A stretch of DNA of 61,870 nucleotides, filler included, from Limisphaerales bacterium (GTDB taxonomy: Bacteria; Verrucomicrobiota; Verrucomicrobiia; Limisphaerales; SIBE01), in NCBI GenBank assembly GCA_044225505.1. It is 6 parts of 6 records of this genome, joined end to end, with 100 filler letters (N's around TTAATTAATTAA, not from the genome) between each part and the next. Parts side by side here need not be neighbours in the genome. Positions count along the whole stretch, not along the records: positions 20,955 to 30,811 come from JBGAIN010000227.1; positions 30,912 to 40,978 come from JBGAIN010000228.1; positions 41,079 to 50,989 come from JBGAIN010000229.1; 3 more parts are not named here. The stretch is one strand, 5' to 3'. Shown piece by piece: positions 30,118 to 41,879 of the stretch. Below the pieces are notes generated by a model, which saw nothing but the letters and a program-made list of their open reading frames with translations, was not told the origin of the DNA and searched no databases. A program made the position numbers and the translations under genes. Position 1 is the stretch's first letter, and every line of letters starts with the position of its first letter.

Positions 30118-30810
30118 TCAAGGTCGAATGAGGCGGAAGAACTGAGCCCGATTGGTGGACGAAGTCGTGGTCGAAAACGACCTGACGCTCGAGTTGACTG
30201 AAAGGTTCGATGGTTTCCACGCGACAGGCGGCGTTAGATTATCCGCTGTCTGGAGGGAAAACCCGGTAGCCGAAGTTGGCCACGAGACCTGCAGTTGACC
30301 AGCAGTCCGCGTGACGGAAACCGACGGTGGGACGGAGGATTCGCCCAAGATGACACCGCCGGGAACAACATCATTGCTCGCGTCTGGATCAACAACGCTG
30401 CCACTCACCCGCAACGTAGCGAGCCCAAGCCCGCGCGTGACGTAGGTCACCACCGCGCTTTCTCCAACCAACAATGGCCCGATGGCACAGTGAGAAATGG
30501 CGTTTGTTCCTGTGCAACTACCCCGCGTCACTTCCGTAGCCTCAATCACGAGGTTTGAGGAAAGTGTAGTCATTAAGTTGACCTCATCGGCTGCGTCTGG
30601 GCCATGATTAAGCACCGTCACAGAATACCTAAAACGCTCGTCTGGATTCGACTTAGGCGCGCTCGATAGGAGAACCTCCAAATCTGCCAGACTCGTCGGA
30701 ACAGCACGCTGGCTTTTGATGGTGACGCTGTTGGTCGCAGTTGCGTTTGACTGATCGCGGACGACCAGTGAAATCGTATGCGATCCATCTGACAACGTGT
30801 TAGCGGCCTT
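30118..30810 (-). CDS. Extracellular protein, DUF11 domain plus C-terminal 'FFRL' module; 5'-partial
   Basis: ADLEV...YSVTVLNHGPDAA...DPDASND; LQVSWPTSATGFSLQTADNL...W...AQFFRLIRP*. Confidence 0.8.
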   Translation of the reverse strand, partial: KAANTLSDGSHTISLVVRDQSNATATNSVTIKSQRAVPTSLADLEVLLSSAPKSNPDERFRYSVTVLNHGPDAADEVNLMTTLSSNLVIEATEVTRGSCTGTNAISHCAIGPLLVGESAVVTYVTRGLGLATLRVSGSVVDPDASNDVVPGGVILGESSVPPSVSVTRTAGQLQVSWPTSATGFSLQTADNLTPPVAWKPSNLSVNSSVRSFSTTTSSTNRAQFFRLIRP

Positions 30811-30811
30811 T

Positions 30812-30911
30812 NNNNNNNNNNNNNNNNNNNNNNNNNNNNNNNNNNNNNNNNNNNNTTAATTAATTAANNNNNNNNNNNNNNNNNNNNNNNNNNNNNNNNN
30901 NNNNNNNNNNN
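30812..30911. other. Artificial contig linker
   Basis: N44-TTAATTAATTAA-N44. Confidence 0.99.
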
Positions 30912-31137
30912 AAAAGATGTGGATATGTGTCTCCACGGCTGGCGACCCACTCGAAGCGAATAGTGACTTCACAGTCAAGTGGCCGGGGTCGCGGGATACG
31001 GGATGCACCCGTTGAACTTAGGACAACCCAAAGCTAGCTGCAACTGACGTTCTCCAGCGTAATCCGTTCGTGCACTTGCGTTTTAAGAGTCAGTTTATCA
31101 TGGTTAACGCCTCGGACCGTAGGAAACCAAACCGAAA

Positions 31138-31896
31138 ATGCTTGCCGCCGTTGCCGTCATTAAATCTGCTGCGACTCCGCTCGCGCTGGGTTTGCTTTTG
31201 ACCAAGCTCCTCCGGCGTTCAGCCAAACCTTGGGTCTTGCTCGCGGCTTTCGCGGCGGGCGGCCTGGGCGCGTTCTCGATCAACTCGTCGGTCTTGCGCA
31301 ACCTGCCCTCCATGCTTCCATCGGAGCAAATCCATGCAACCACCGTACAACAAGCCTGGCTCAGCGCCTTCGTCGAAGCGGCTATTCCTGAGGAACTCGC
31401 GAAAGGGATCTGGACCCTTGTCTTCCTGGTGGGCTGGCGTCAATACACCCGAACCCACGGTGGGTTGATCGGCGGCCTAATCGGCTTAGGATTCGCACTG
31501 CGGGAGAATCTGGCTTTTGCCCAGACGGCGCCCGAATGGCGCGTCATGGGTGCCGTTTCGCACGGGGCTTGGGGGATTATTCTCGGCAGTCTTCTCGAAC
31601 GTGCCATAGGCCGGATCCGGGCGCGCTTCCTCGCAGTCGCTGCGGCTTTCCTTCCCACGATCTTGCTGCACGGGCTGATCGATGGTTCCATATTCCTGGT
31701 CGAGGCGTTTGAGTCTGAGACAGGGCTGAATCCGGAAACAGCCGATACCGCGGCGGTGGCGAGCCCCGTCCTTCTCATGGAAATGGCGTTGACCTTAGCG
31801 ATCGATGCTCTCTCGATTGCCTGGGCCATTCGATGGATTCGCCAGATCCGGCGCATTCCAGGCCGAGTTGAGCGCGACGATAGTACCGTTGTCTAA
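31138..31896 (+). CDS. PrsW-family intramembrane metalloprotease
   Basis: AAIPEELAKG, GLGFALREN, SHGAWG, LLHGLID; multiple TM helices. Confidence 0.85.
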   Translation: MLAAVAVIKSAATPLALGLLLTKLLRRSAKPWVLLAAFAAGGLGAFSINSSVLRNLPSMLPSEQIHATTVQQAWLSAFVEAAIPEELAKGIWTLVFLVGWRQYTRTHGGLIGGLIGLGFALRENLAFAQTAPEWRVMGAVSHGAWGIILGSLLERAIGRIRARFLAVAAAFLPTILLHGLIDGSIFLVEAFESETGLNPETADTAAVASPVLLMEMALTLAIDALSIAWAIRWIRQIRRIPGRVERDDSTVV

Positions 31897-31912
31897 AACC
31901 GTCCCTGGATTT

Positions 31913-32119
31913 ATGAAACAGAAATTCGAGTATAAGTTTGTTCGTTTGGGTGAAGGGATGTTAGGTGCCAGAAGCGAGGCGCGCCATAACTACCAAGAAC
32001 AGGTGCGGCAGCACGCGCAGGAAGGTTGGCGTCTCGTTCAGATTTTCGCCCCGGGAGTTGGCGCTTACGGCGCCGCGAAGTACTACGAGCTGATTTTGGA
32101 AAGAGAGCTTTCAGAATGA
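31913..32119 (+). CDS. DUF4177-like small protein
   Basis: MKQKFEYKFVRL...AQEGWRLVQIF...YELILERE. Confidence 0.8.
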   Translation: MKQKFEYKFVRLGEGMLGARSEARHNYQEQVRQHAQEGWRLVQIFAPGVGAYGAAKYYELILERELSE

Positions 32120-32290
32120 CACGCTGAGCCCAACCAGATCCTAGTATGGTGACCGCAAAATCCCTCGCCGCGAAGGTGCAAGGACTTAAGCGGACACCCA
32201 CGAATAGCCTATGTCACAGCCTGTGCCATGGCTTTGCTTTTTCCGCGCAATGCTGATGTTTCTCGTTCCATCTGATATACACTTCCAAGC

Positions 32291-33652
32291 ATGGCCACCA
32301 ACCGCATCAACCGACGCCAGTTCCTCGAATCATCCGGCAAAGCGACCGCCTTGCTCAGCGCAGGTTCTGCCCTACTGAACATGCCGCAAAAGGTCCGGTC
32401 GCAAAGTTCCAACGAGCCGATTGTGCTCGCTTTGATTGGCGCAGGGGGCCGGGCATCGAGCCATGCATCTGGCATGTCGAAGTTACCGGGCGTCGAATTT
32501 AAATATGTCTGTGACGTCTGGAAAGACCGCGGCGCTGGCATCATGAAAGACTTGGGAAGCGTGCAGCAACGCGCGCCGCAGCGCATTTCCGACATGCGCG
32601 TGGCCTTCGACGATAAGGAAGTGAAGGCCGTCGTGATTGCTACTCCGGAACATTGGCACGCGCTCGCTACGGTCTGGGCCTGCCAGGCGGGCAAAGACGT
32701 CTACGTGGAAAAGAATCCGTCCATCTCGATCTGGGAAGGCCGGAAGATGATCGAAGCGGCCCAGAAGTACCAACGCATTGTGCAGGTCGGATTTCAAAAC
32801 CGCAGCGCTCCCTATGCGGCGTCCGCCCGGGATTATATCGCTTCGGGCAAGCTGGGACGAGTTGTTCACGTCAAAGTGTTCAACATGCTGGATGGATCAA
32901 AGTGGGAAGCTAAACCCGACAGCGAACCTCCGGCGGGTCTCGACTGGGACGCGTGGCTCGGACCGGCACCGTATGTTCCCTACAATCCAGGACGCCACTT
33001 GAATTGGCATCCGTGGTGGGATTACAAAGGCGGGACGCTCGCCGACGACGCCAGCCATCAGTTGGACCTCACTCGCATGGCTTTGGGAGATCCGCCCCAT
33101 CCGAAATCGGTTGTCTGCATCGGCGGCAATTACGCCTACCAATCCAAACGCGAGGTCCCGGAGTTCCAATGCATCACCTACGACTTTGGCGACTACGCCA
33201 TGACGTGCGAGAGCGGCAATGCCACCAATTATATGCGCAAGTTTTCCAACGAAGTGCGTTATGGCGACAAGTGGCCCCATTGGCCGACGTCCGCGACGCG
33301 CGTGGAGATCTACGGCACAAAGGCCTTGATGTATCTCGGCCGTCACGGCTGTGGCTGGCAGGTGGTGGTCGAAGGCGGAAAAGTAATCGATCAGGACAAG
33401 GGATACTTCCCCGACAAATGGCATCAGCCGAATTTTATTGAGTGCGTGCGGACGCGCCAGCGACCGAATGCGCCGATCGAGCAAGCGCATCGCAGCGCGT
33501 GCTTGGTCCATCTGGCGAACCTCTCGTATCGCGTCGGGCAAAAGCAGCTCGCGTTCGACGGCGCAACGGAGCGCTTTACCAATAACGACGAAGGCAACCA
33601 GCTCCTAAAACCGGCCTATCGCAAACAATACCGGATCCCGGAGCAAGTCTGA
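32291..33652 (+). CDS. Gfo/Idh/MocA-family oxidoreductase with Tat signal
   Basis: INRRQFL, ALIGAGGR, VIATPEHWH, GKDVYVEKN, VQVGFQNRS, LDWDAWLGPAP. Confidence 0.93.
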   Translation: MATNRINRRQFLESSGKATALLSAGSALLNMPQKVRSQSSNEPIVLALIGAGGRASSHASGMSKLPGVEFKYVCDVWKDRGAGIMKDLGSVQQRAPQRISDMRVAFDDKEVKAVVIATPEHWHALATVWACQAGKDVYVEKNPSISIWEGRKMIEAAQKYQRIVQVGFQNRSAPYAASARDYIASGKLGRVVHVKVFNMLDGSKWEAKPDSEPPAGLDWDAWLGPAPYVPYNPGRHLNWHPWWDYKGGTLADDASHQLDLTRMALGDPPHPKSVVCIGGNYAYQSKREVPEFQCITYDFGDYAMTCESGNATNYMRKFSNEVRYGDKWPHWPTSATRVEIYGTKALMYLGRHGCGWQVVVEGGKVIDQDKGYFPDKWHQPNFIECVRTRQRPNAPIEQAHRSACLVHLANLSYRVGQKQLAFDGATERFTNNDEGNQLLKPAYRKQYRIPEQV

Positions 33653-34251
33653 GGATGCCGCTGTCCACTCCCAGACGGTCTGTTTACGAATCAAAGTGGC
33701 AGAGCCGTCTCGGCTCTGATTGTGGCTCAAGATCATCGATCGTTGATGGGAGAGGGCTGCGAGCGGCGGGACGCCACTTCCACTTTCTCAGACTCGACGA
33801 GCGGCAGCAGCCGTCTATCGGGTCGAACGACGTAAGGCTGCTCACCGCTATAAAGGACAATGTCTCAGTCTTACTTGCGCACCCACTTCCGAATACCGGC
33901 AATGCCAGCCATGGCGCAGGCCACGAGGACTACCGACGATCCACCATCTGGAACGGCGAAATCGTCAGCGTCAGCTCCTCCCGCGTGAGCGATGCGCGTG
34001 ACTCCGGAAACAAGGACAACCGCAAATACGGCCGCGATGATGTTTTTCCCCGGAAGGTGATCTTCGGGTTGGATTCGCGGGTGCTCTCCCGTTCCGGCTG
34101 GCGCCTCGGACGCAAATGGCCGATGAAGTCCGCATCGATTACGTGGGTCACGCTCTTAGTGCCTTGGTCGGCTGTCAGAAAGGTCAATGACGCCCGGGCT
34201 TGCTGACGCAGCGATGTCTCTCCGTCCGATCAGCCCACGACAAACCGTCTG

Positions 34252-37200
34252 TCAGTCTCTCGGTTGGCGCAGACGGAAGTAGGCCGAGGACTCTGAGCCA
34301 CGAACGCTCTGCGTGGCCGTGTGGTTGGAACGTGTCGAGCGTCCGGGCACCCTCAACCAATTCCGTTCCGGGCCGATGCTGGAGCTTGCCTCGAGGACCC
34401 AATTGGTCTCCGTCAACGGCCAGGTGAGCTGGTGTTCGTTGGCACTAGACGGCGTGATCCGAAGCGCTGGCCAATCCATCCAATCGCCGCGCAAAATCCA
34501 GGCGGTGTCCTGGGAGGCCGTGTCCGCCGTGTCGTAGCCACCGAAATAGAGGACGCTGCCGTTGTCTTGGGCGAAGGGCGATACAACGATCGCTCGTGTC
34601 GCTCGCAGGCTTTGGCCCGCCGGAAGACCTGGAGAGAAGTTTTCAATGTCCGCCAATTCGTAGGTGGCGTCCAGATGACGCACGAGAAAGTGGGAACCGT
34701 TGAACGGCGGGACGGTGTCGTCAGGATGTTGCAGCCAAACTCCCACGAGATGCACACGTTCGCTCGTGACTGGATTGGTGGCCAGGGTAAAGCCGGTATA
34801 TCCGAGAACGACCGAACCCTGCCGCACGCGGTCGTCATTCCAAAGGCGCGCGAAAAAGTCGCGCACATCGAGTTCGACAGTCACCACATGGCCGCGCGTC
34901 GGATCTGGGTCGATACGCTCGATGACTCCCGGCCAAGCCCGCGCGGCCAGCAAAACCTGGCGGTCCTGGTCGTGTGGTTCCGGCACGGCAGTGAGGCCGC
35001 GCATCAGGCGTTGCTCTTCTGGTGCCGTCATCACATCGACCGGGTGCGGCCACTGGTAAACCAGCTCCCAAGTCGCGTTCGTATCGCGGCGGACGAACAA
35101 TCCTCCCGCGACCTCCGTTGCCCGATTGGTCTGCAATAAACCACCCGCGGCGTAAAGCAACCCGTTGCATTCGGCGAAGGACGTAATCGGTCCCATCCCA
35201 GCTAGCTCCGCATTCTGAGTCGCCCAGGCCACCTTGCTGTCTTCGCGTTCATCATACGCCCCCCGGTAAATCTCGCCATTCTGGAGCCCGGCAAAAATGT
35301 GGTGCACGCCTGAGAAACGATCCACGTGCGAGCCAAAACTGATGACATTGGCCGGCGCGCGCGTGGTTGCGACGTGCGAATCACGCCAACTCGGAGAGGC
35401 GCCATCGCGGCGCGTGCGCACCGTGGCGAGATGCGCGCCCACAGAGTTGGTTTTTCGATATCGCTCAGCCCTGCGATCAGAGGTTCACCGGGTCGCGAAG
35501 TGGAGCGCCGTCGCTCCCGTGGTGAAAGTGAAGTCCATCAGAGTCTCGGTCCGCAGGTGTTGTTGAAAGATAGCCGGAGTGGCCACGTCCACGTGCCAGG
35601 GGACGTTCGGAGCATCTTTGACGAGGATCTGCGCCCCAGTCCAATCGTTCGGGAGGTTGTTGACAGACGGATAAGGAACGTATTGCCGGTTGCCTGTCGC
35701 GGCATAAAGGTGGCCTTGGTGCGTCACCAAGCTCAGCACTTCCGTGCCGCGGATCAATTTGCCCAGGGGATCATTCGTCGGAGAGGTGAAGCTGCGAGTG
35801 AACTGCAGCTGGCTGAAGCCGCTCGGTGGACCAGTAAACTCCGGTGGATTCACTCCGGTGCTGGCAACGCGCAACTGGGTCACGTTCGTCTCCGTCTTTC
35901 GACTGTAGTAAAGCAAGATTTCGCTTGCGCCTACTATTGTCTTGGGATCGCGCCGTTCCGCGGCCAAGCCAGTGCCGATGCCTTCATCCACGCGGCGAAC
36001 AAAAAAGCTGTTTTCATCCGGCCCCACCCCAATGATCCACATTTCCGAATCGCCAGGGTTTTGCGGATCGTTCCTCTCGTAGGCGGCGCACGAGAAGTAG
36101 CTCGTTCCGTTGAAGCCGCGTCCGCCGGGCAACGGTTCCAAGGAATAAATGAAGCGCAGTGGATGAGCACTGGGCTGAGTGATCGTGGCCACACGTGTGT
36201 GGAGACCGTTCGGCCGATCATGAAGATCGCGATAGATCGCAATGGATGTACGATCGACAACCGCTGCATAGCAGAGTTCACCGCCGTATTCCGGCGCAAG
36301 AAAACCCCAGACATCGGTCTTTTCCCCTTCGTCATCGGAAATGATTTGCAGCGTCTGAGTGGCTGTCACGTAACGCGCCACTTGGGTGAGTCCAGGTAGG
36401 GCCGCAGCGCTAGCGGCGTAAGTGAAATCCGTGCCATCCGGCAGCCAATGACCATTACGGAAATCGCCCGTGTGCAACGGCAGTGGCAGCGCGTTGGCGG
36501 GCGCGCTCTCATTGGCCCAATACGCCGTTGAGGAGAGGACATTGCCCACGTTAAAGGCGAGCTGAACCGCGCTGTTGCTGGGTTCCTGGCTGGCGCGGAC
36601 GTTGAAGGCATTGGTTCGCGCGCTGCCGATTTGGGAGAGGGTGACACCGGCATCCAGCGAACCCGCCCGCCAGAGTTGAAGAAGTCCGGCGGCGTCAGGC
36701 TTGGTGTAGTAGAGCGCCGGACTATTCGTCGAGAGGCCCCATTCCGCGCCATGGATCGCACCGGATAACGGGGCGAGCCCGCTCTCCACGAGCAGATCCT
36801 TGCCATGGCCAGAAAGGAAAAAGCCGCTTCGCAAATCCACTTCACCTCGCCAAAGATTGTTCGACTCATCCTGAAAGGCCAGATGAGCGCCGAACGGCAC
36901 AGGTTCAGGCGCAAGATACGAGACGCCCGTGGTCCCTAAGCGAATGTCCTCCAAGACGAAATCCGGCGAGGGGAAAAACACGTTATCGACCGCCCAGAGC
37001 GGGCGGGCCATCTCCGCGCTCCATGCGTCGTAGGAAGTGACCAGATGTTGCACGATTTCGGGCCGCGCGTCCGCGAGGTCTGTTGTTTCTCCAATATCTG
37101 TGGCGAGATTGTAGAGCTCCCAGTTCTTTTGAATGCCGCTCTTGACGAGCTTCCAGTCCCCTTCACGCACGGCGCGGAGCCCATCCTGCACTTCGCCGCC

Positions 37201-39486
37201 CGGACTTAATCCATCCGTTTCCACTCTCCAAAACAGACTTGGATGGGGCACGCCGTTGGATTGTCCGCACAAGTAGGGCAGGAGATTGACCCCATCCAAA
37301 CGCCACGACGGGGAAACTTCGCCACCCACCGCCGCGATTGCTGTGGGTAGTATATCCAGCGTGCTGACGGGCGCGGCATAAACCTGATTGGTTGGCAGAT
37401 AGCCTTTCCACTGCATGAAGAACGGCACACGAATCCCGCCTTCATAAACCTCCGTTTTGCCACCGCGCAGAGGCCGATTGAGAGATCCCAACTCCACCAT
37501 TCCCCCGTTGTCCGTGGTGAAGAAGATCAACGTGTTTGTTTCGAGATTGAGCTGTCGCAACTTCGCGAGAATCGCACCCACCGCGTCGTCTAATCCCATC
37601 AACATCGCCGCCATGATGCGTCGATGCGGGTCGGTGATAGGTAACAAATCCGCCCGGTCTCGCAAAACGGGTGGTGCTTGTTGAGGAAAATGCACGGCAT
37701 TAAACGGCGCGTAGAGGAGGAAAGGCTTATTGGTATGGCGATCAATATACTGGAGACACTCGCGGGCGAAGGCCGTCGTCAGATAGTTCGTTTCCACGAT
37801 CGGCTTGAAACCGTCCAGGATCGGATCCTCCTGTTTGATGAGCGGTTGTCCCTGGTCAAAGTAATCATGATGACTCTCGATGAAACCGAAATACTCGCCG
37901 AATCCGCGCAACATCGGGTGATAAAGGTTCGTTACTCCGCCTAAATGCGATTTCCCGATCCAGCCCGTGGGAATCTGTAGATCGGTGAAACGGTCGCCCA
38001 GAGTTGTTTCCGTCAGCGGCAATCCAAAACGCGGATGACGCTCCAGGCTGGTCCCTGGATTCGTTTCGTGTCCGAACCGCTGCTGGTAGCGTCCCGTGAG
38101 CAAAGCGGCGCGTGACGGACTGCACACCGGCGCCGTCACGTAACCGCTCGTGAAGCGCACCCCGTTGCGCGCCAGCGAATCGATGTGCGGCGTGGGGATA
38201 TCCGTGCATCCATGCGCTCCGAGATCGGAGTAACCGAGGTCATCCGAAACAATGATGATGACGTTCGGCTTTGCGGCTGGCAAAGGCAGACAAGGAGCCG
38301 CTGGAGACGCGATCTCAACGATGTAATCTTCGACCTCACCGTCCGCAGCCGCGCCGGTAAACGAGAGTCCTCCAGCGGTGCTCAGGCGGAAACGCGCGAA
38401 CGTGGCGCCCGTGGAAGCATTCGCTGGCACCGGATAATTCAATGTGTTCAGTCCGGCGTTCACGGCCGTGCTGGCAAAGATTTGCTCACCCGGATCCGCC
38501 CAATCGCCGTCGCGATTGAAATCGATCCAGGCATCGAGCAGGCCCGCCGCCGAGGCGGTGACTCGTACAGACGATGTTTGCGACGGCACCAGGGCAAAGC
38601 TCAGGTTCACGCCTTCCTCATCGCTGACGTCGAGGTCGTCGTCACCCCGAGCCAATCGGTGAGGCTGGCCATCCGGTTCGGCGTCACGACGTGCGCCCAG
38701 GAAAAGCCCGCTGGCCGTATGCCGAGCACCATCCTGAGCGAGTATGGTGGGATAGGGGGCTGGGGCGTCGCCAAAGTCAAAGGTCGCGTCGGCCGATTTG
38801 AGGTTGACTCGATAATCTTCCACTTCGCCGAAACCTCCACCGCCGTCCGGCGGGAGATTTCCAACGGCGCTGAAACGAACTCGCGCGTAGGTAACGCCCG
38901 CTTTTGCTGTGGCGGGAAGCGTCAATGAAAGCGCATTGGCACCGGCCACTAAGGGCACTCCCGCAGCGACCCGTTCCGCGGGATGCTCCCATATACCGTT
39001 TTGATTCAAGTCGATCCAAGCGTCCAGTTTACCTGCTGCTGAAGCGATAACCTGGATGCTATTTGGCTGGCCCAGCTGGAGCGCGGCGCCAAGAACCACC
39101 CCATCGTCATCATCGATGTTGTTTGTGTCATCGCCGTCCGCGGTCGCACTCGGCTGCCCATCTGGTTCGGCGTCGACCGCTGGACCGAGGCGGAAACTCG
39201 GGTTGACCAGATGCCACGCGCCGTTGTTGGTCAATTGCACGGGGTAAATCGCCGGAGCGTCCCCGAAGTCCCGATCCTTCGGCGGGGTAACGGAGAGATG
39301 GGTTGATGCCCGCGTGATCGCACCTGCAGGGTCGGTCGCTCGGATGCGCTCGGTCTCGCGGGCAGTATCCTGGCTGGAGGTGACATCCGCTCTCGGATCA
39401 AGATTCGGAGGTGCTCCAAAAAGCGGTAGGCTGGTTGCGATCGCTAAAGCCGCTGAGCCCCATAAGTCCCGGAGTGATTTAGCCAT
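34252..39486 (-). CDS. Secreted multidomain sulfatase: 2x GEVED, Cys-type sulfatase, uncharacterised C-terminal regions, 'YFRL' module; disrupted near 35440-35520
   Basis: DFGDAP...GEVEDY twice; KPNVIIIVSDDLGY, CSPSRAALLTG (CxPxR), EGGIRVP, ELYNLATDIGE. ORFs 35485-39486 and 34252-35442 share a frame. Confidence 0.85.
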
Positions 39487-39929
39487 GGGTTGAAGGCGCA
39501 GAGGATGAGTTTAACCGGCCTAATTTGCAATTTAAAAAATACAGGAGACTCCGCTTCCAGCGGCTGTAGTAACTTTCGTTGACCGATTGGCGATTCGGCC
39601 CCGTAAGCACGGGCGTCATACAGCGGCCCGGAATCTGCATTGCACTCGCTGTAAGACATTGAAGATGAGCGGTTAGTCGCAGTTGACAAATTTGCGGAGA
39701 TTTTCTGCCCAGAGGCTCCGTGATGGTGCGTCACTCCCCGGGCGCGCGCATTCCCATACCCTTGGCGTTCCAAGGCCGGCTGCCGTTGACGTTCGTTGGA
39801 TCGGGTTCCATGAAAGCGAAGGGATTGGACCTGAGCATGGCTCTGACCTGACAACGGTTCCCGTTTCTGTGGACGGTTTGCATCCCCACCATCCCAGATT
39901 CTGTCCTACACCTCGGTTGCTTTAGGCTA

Positions 39930-40020
39930 GGCCAGACTTTGTTCAGGCCTCATTCGGCAGATGACGAACGAAGACTGGGCAAGGCCGAACGAAGCCTGAA
40001 CGAAGCCCGAACCAGCCCTG
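39930..40020 (-). repeat. Second copy of the 11-bp-unit dispersed repeat
   Basis: CCGAACGAAGC-CTGAACGAAGC-CCGAACCAGCC. Confidence 0.75.
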
Positions 40021-40230
40021 GACGAACCACGGTGGGACTGCGTATGGATTGCGATAGGCATGCCAATGAACGTGCTGACGATTTCTGGGCCATTCTGGCG
40101 CACCAAGTCTCCGTCTGGCGTCCGATTTGGAGTGGAACCGGCCGCGTAGCCTGCGCGGGACGCTGCGTTGCGGTTTTTCTCCCGCATGCCTCACTCGTGG
40201 CTGACATACCGGAGGCATGAAGTGATAATC

Positions 40231-40338
40231 GGAACGCGGGTTTTAACCCGCAGGAACGGCCGAGTTGGGAGCACGCAACGGATGATTCGAGAAGCCCTCC
40301 CTCAAACGTGGCTGCTGGCGGAATGAATCCCGCGCTCC
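40231..40338. repeat. REP doublet (REPIN-like)
   Basis: GGAACGCGGGTTTTAACCCGC ... GCGGAATGAATCCCGCGCTCC: two inverted imperfect palindromes. Confidence 0.7.
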
Positions 40339-40825
40339 TTTCAATACCCAATCATTCAAATACCGTTATAGCGAAGAACTCAGCGCCCGACGAGTCGTCC
40401 CGATTTTAAATGGTCGCCGCCGAAGGCAGGAGGCGGATTTGGACTAAGAAAATAGCCAAGAAGTCCGCCTCTGACCTTTTAAGGTACATAAACTTGCAAC
40501 TGCGCATAAGTCCTTACGGTGCTGTATCTTTGAACCAGCATGCGCCCAGCGTTTGAAAAGCTCGGCGGCTACGAAGTTCAAATCTTCAAACACTCGTTTC
40601 GCTCCGAAACGAGGCGGCTGTTCCTCCGATGGCTCGGTGGTTGTGGGAATAGCGAGGCATCCCGGTCGGAAGACGTAAGCACGGATGTCATACACAACTG
40701 CTGAATTCACGTCGTATTTTCTGCAAACCTCTCATGCTTAGAGAACTCGAGTTGTGGACAATTTGTCACCGGCCATTCGATGTCCCAGTGTTTGATTCGG
40801 TCATCATCGGAGCGCGGAGTTTATT

Positions 40826-40978
40826 CTAATGCCATTCGGTAATTGCCTCTTGGCGCCCCGGATGGGGCAACTCGAGAATAGCTCGGCGTTTTAACGCCGA
40901 GGTTGAATGGGCGCGATTCCAAGTCCCGACGGGACGGCCGAGGACGTGGCATTGAACGGAAGAACCGGAGATTAAGCG
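40826..40978 (-). mobile_element. Partial copy of the 309-bp MITE, cut by the contig end
   Basis: Reverse complement of 56205-56357 with about 3 mismatches. Starts with TIR CTAATGCCATTCGGTAATT. Confidence 0.85.
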
Positions 40979-41078
40979 NNNNNNNNNNNNNNNNNNNNNN
41001 NNNNNNNNNNNNNNNNNNNNNNTTAATTAATTAANNNNNNNNNNNNNNNNNNNNNNNNNNNNNNNNNNNNNNNNNNNN
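40979..41078. other. Artificial contig linker
   Basis: N44-TTAATTAATTAA-N44. Confidence 0.99.
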
Positions 41079-41080
41079 TT

Positions 41081-41551
41081 CGAGTGGAGATTCTAAAAGG
41101 CGATACCCAGGTTGGAGAATTGCTCAACACATTTCGTGACCCAGCAACCAAATACCCTGGCGGGACGACCTATCTCGGATTTACTTCGGCAACTCCGATT
41201 GATCTCGATCCCAACACGACTTATTCTCTTAAAGGGATTAATTCCAGCAAACAGCCGAGTTGGTTGTCGACTCCAGCCCTTGTATTCACTTATCCGCTAG
41301 CTTCGGGTGCCGAGATTGCTCAGGGTTGGAGCTATCGCGGCCCGGATCCTTTTTACGCACTTGCGCAGTTGCCGAAGTTTGCCCTGGACGTTTCGCAAGT
41401 AAAAGTTGCGCCAGTACCGGACGTTGGTGGTTCCGCTTGGCTCCTGCTTGTTTCGGTGGGCGTGCTGGTGACAGGGAACGCGTGGCGAAGAAGACCGACT
41501 CTCTCAGCCTCTACGAATACGCCGAATTCGTTACGGTCCATTGATAGTTAG
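41081..41551 (+). CDS. VPDSG-CTERM-like sorted surface protein, 5'-partial
   Basis: C-terminal VPDVGGSAWLLLVSVGVLVTGNAWRRR (motif, TM helix, basic cluster). Confidence 0.7.
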   Translation, partial: RVEILKGDTQVGELLNTFRDPATKYPGGTTYLGFTSATPIDLDPNTTYSLKGINSSKQPSWLSTPALVFTYPLASGAEIAQGWSYRGPDPFYALAQLPKFALDVSQVKVAPVPDVGGSAWLLLVSVGVLVTGNAWRRRPTLSASTNTPNSLRSIDS

Positions 41552-41879
41552 TCAAGCGGAGGTCTCTTACTTCTGGGCGTGCTCCCGCGGTTTCTCCTGA
41601 TAGACGCCCTGATCGCGAGCGAACCTTAGTAGAAACTCGTGGCTCACGCCTTCAACTAGTTAAATCGGAGGCTGGTGGCAATGGTTCGTGTTTAATGTCC
41701 GGGTTCGCTCTGCCGGTACGCCCAAGGCGATTGCTTTGAGTGTCCGAACGCATCGTGAGGCCATCGTCCTTCCGCGGCCAGGCTCTCACAGCGGAACGAC
41801 TCCAGCTCAGCGGATTTCTTTTCCACCCGATCGTTAGCTGCAGTTTTCATAGGACTTAAATGAAACAGGTCAGCCCCGG

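Noticed and set aside
33655..34206. 183-aa ORF as a real gene
   Set aside because: Only the middle looks coding-like, with no recognisable motif or start context. At most a fragment.
6533..35487. Genome-wide UGA recoding or selenocysteine (in-frame TGAs at 6533, 11395, 35485)
   Set aside because: TGA terminates many intact genes here and Trp is encoded by TGG. Each case has a simpler explanation (point mutation, decay or indel errors).
35326..36399. Long antisense or alternate-frame ORFs (also 3580-4557, 34321-35139, 56450-57232, 58623-59432)
   Set aside because: Shadow ORFs of well-supported genes in GC-rich DNA, with no motifs.
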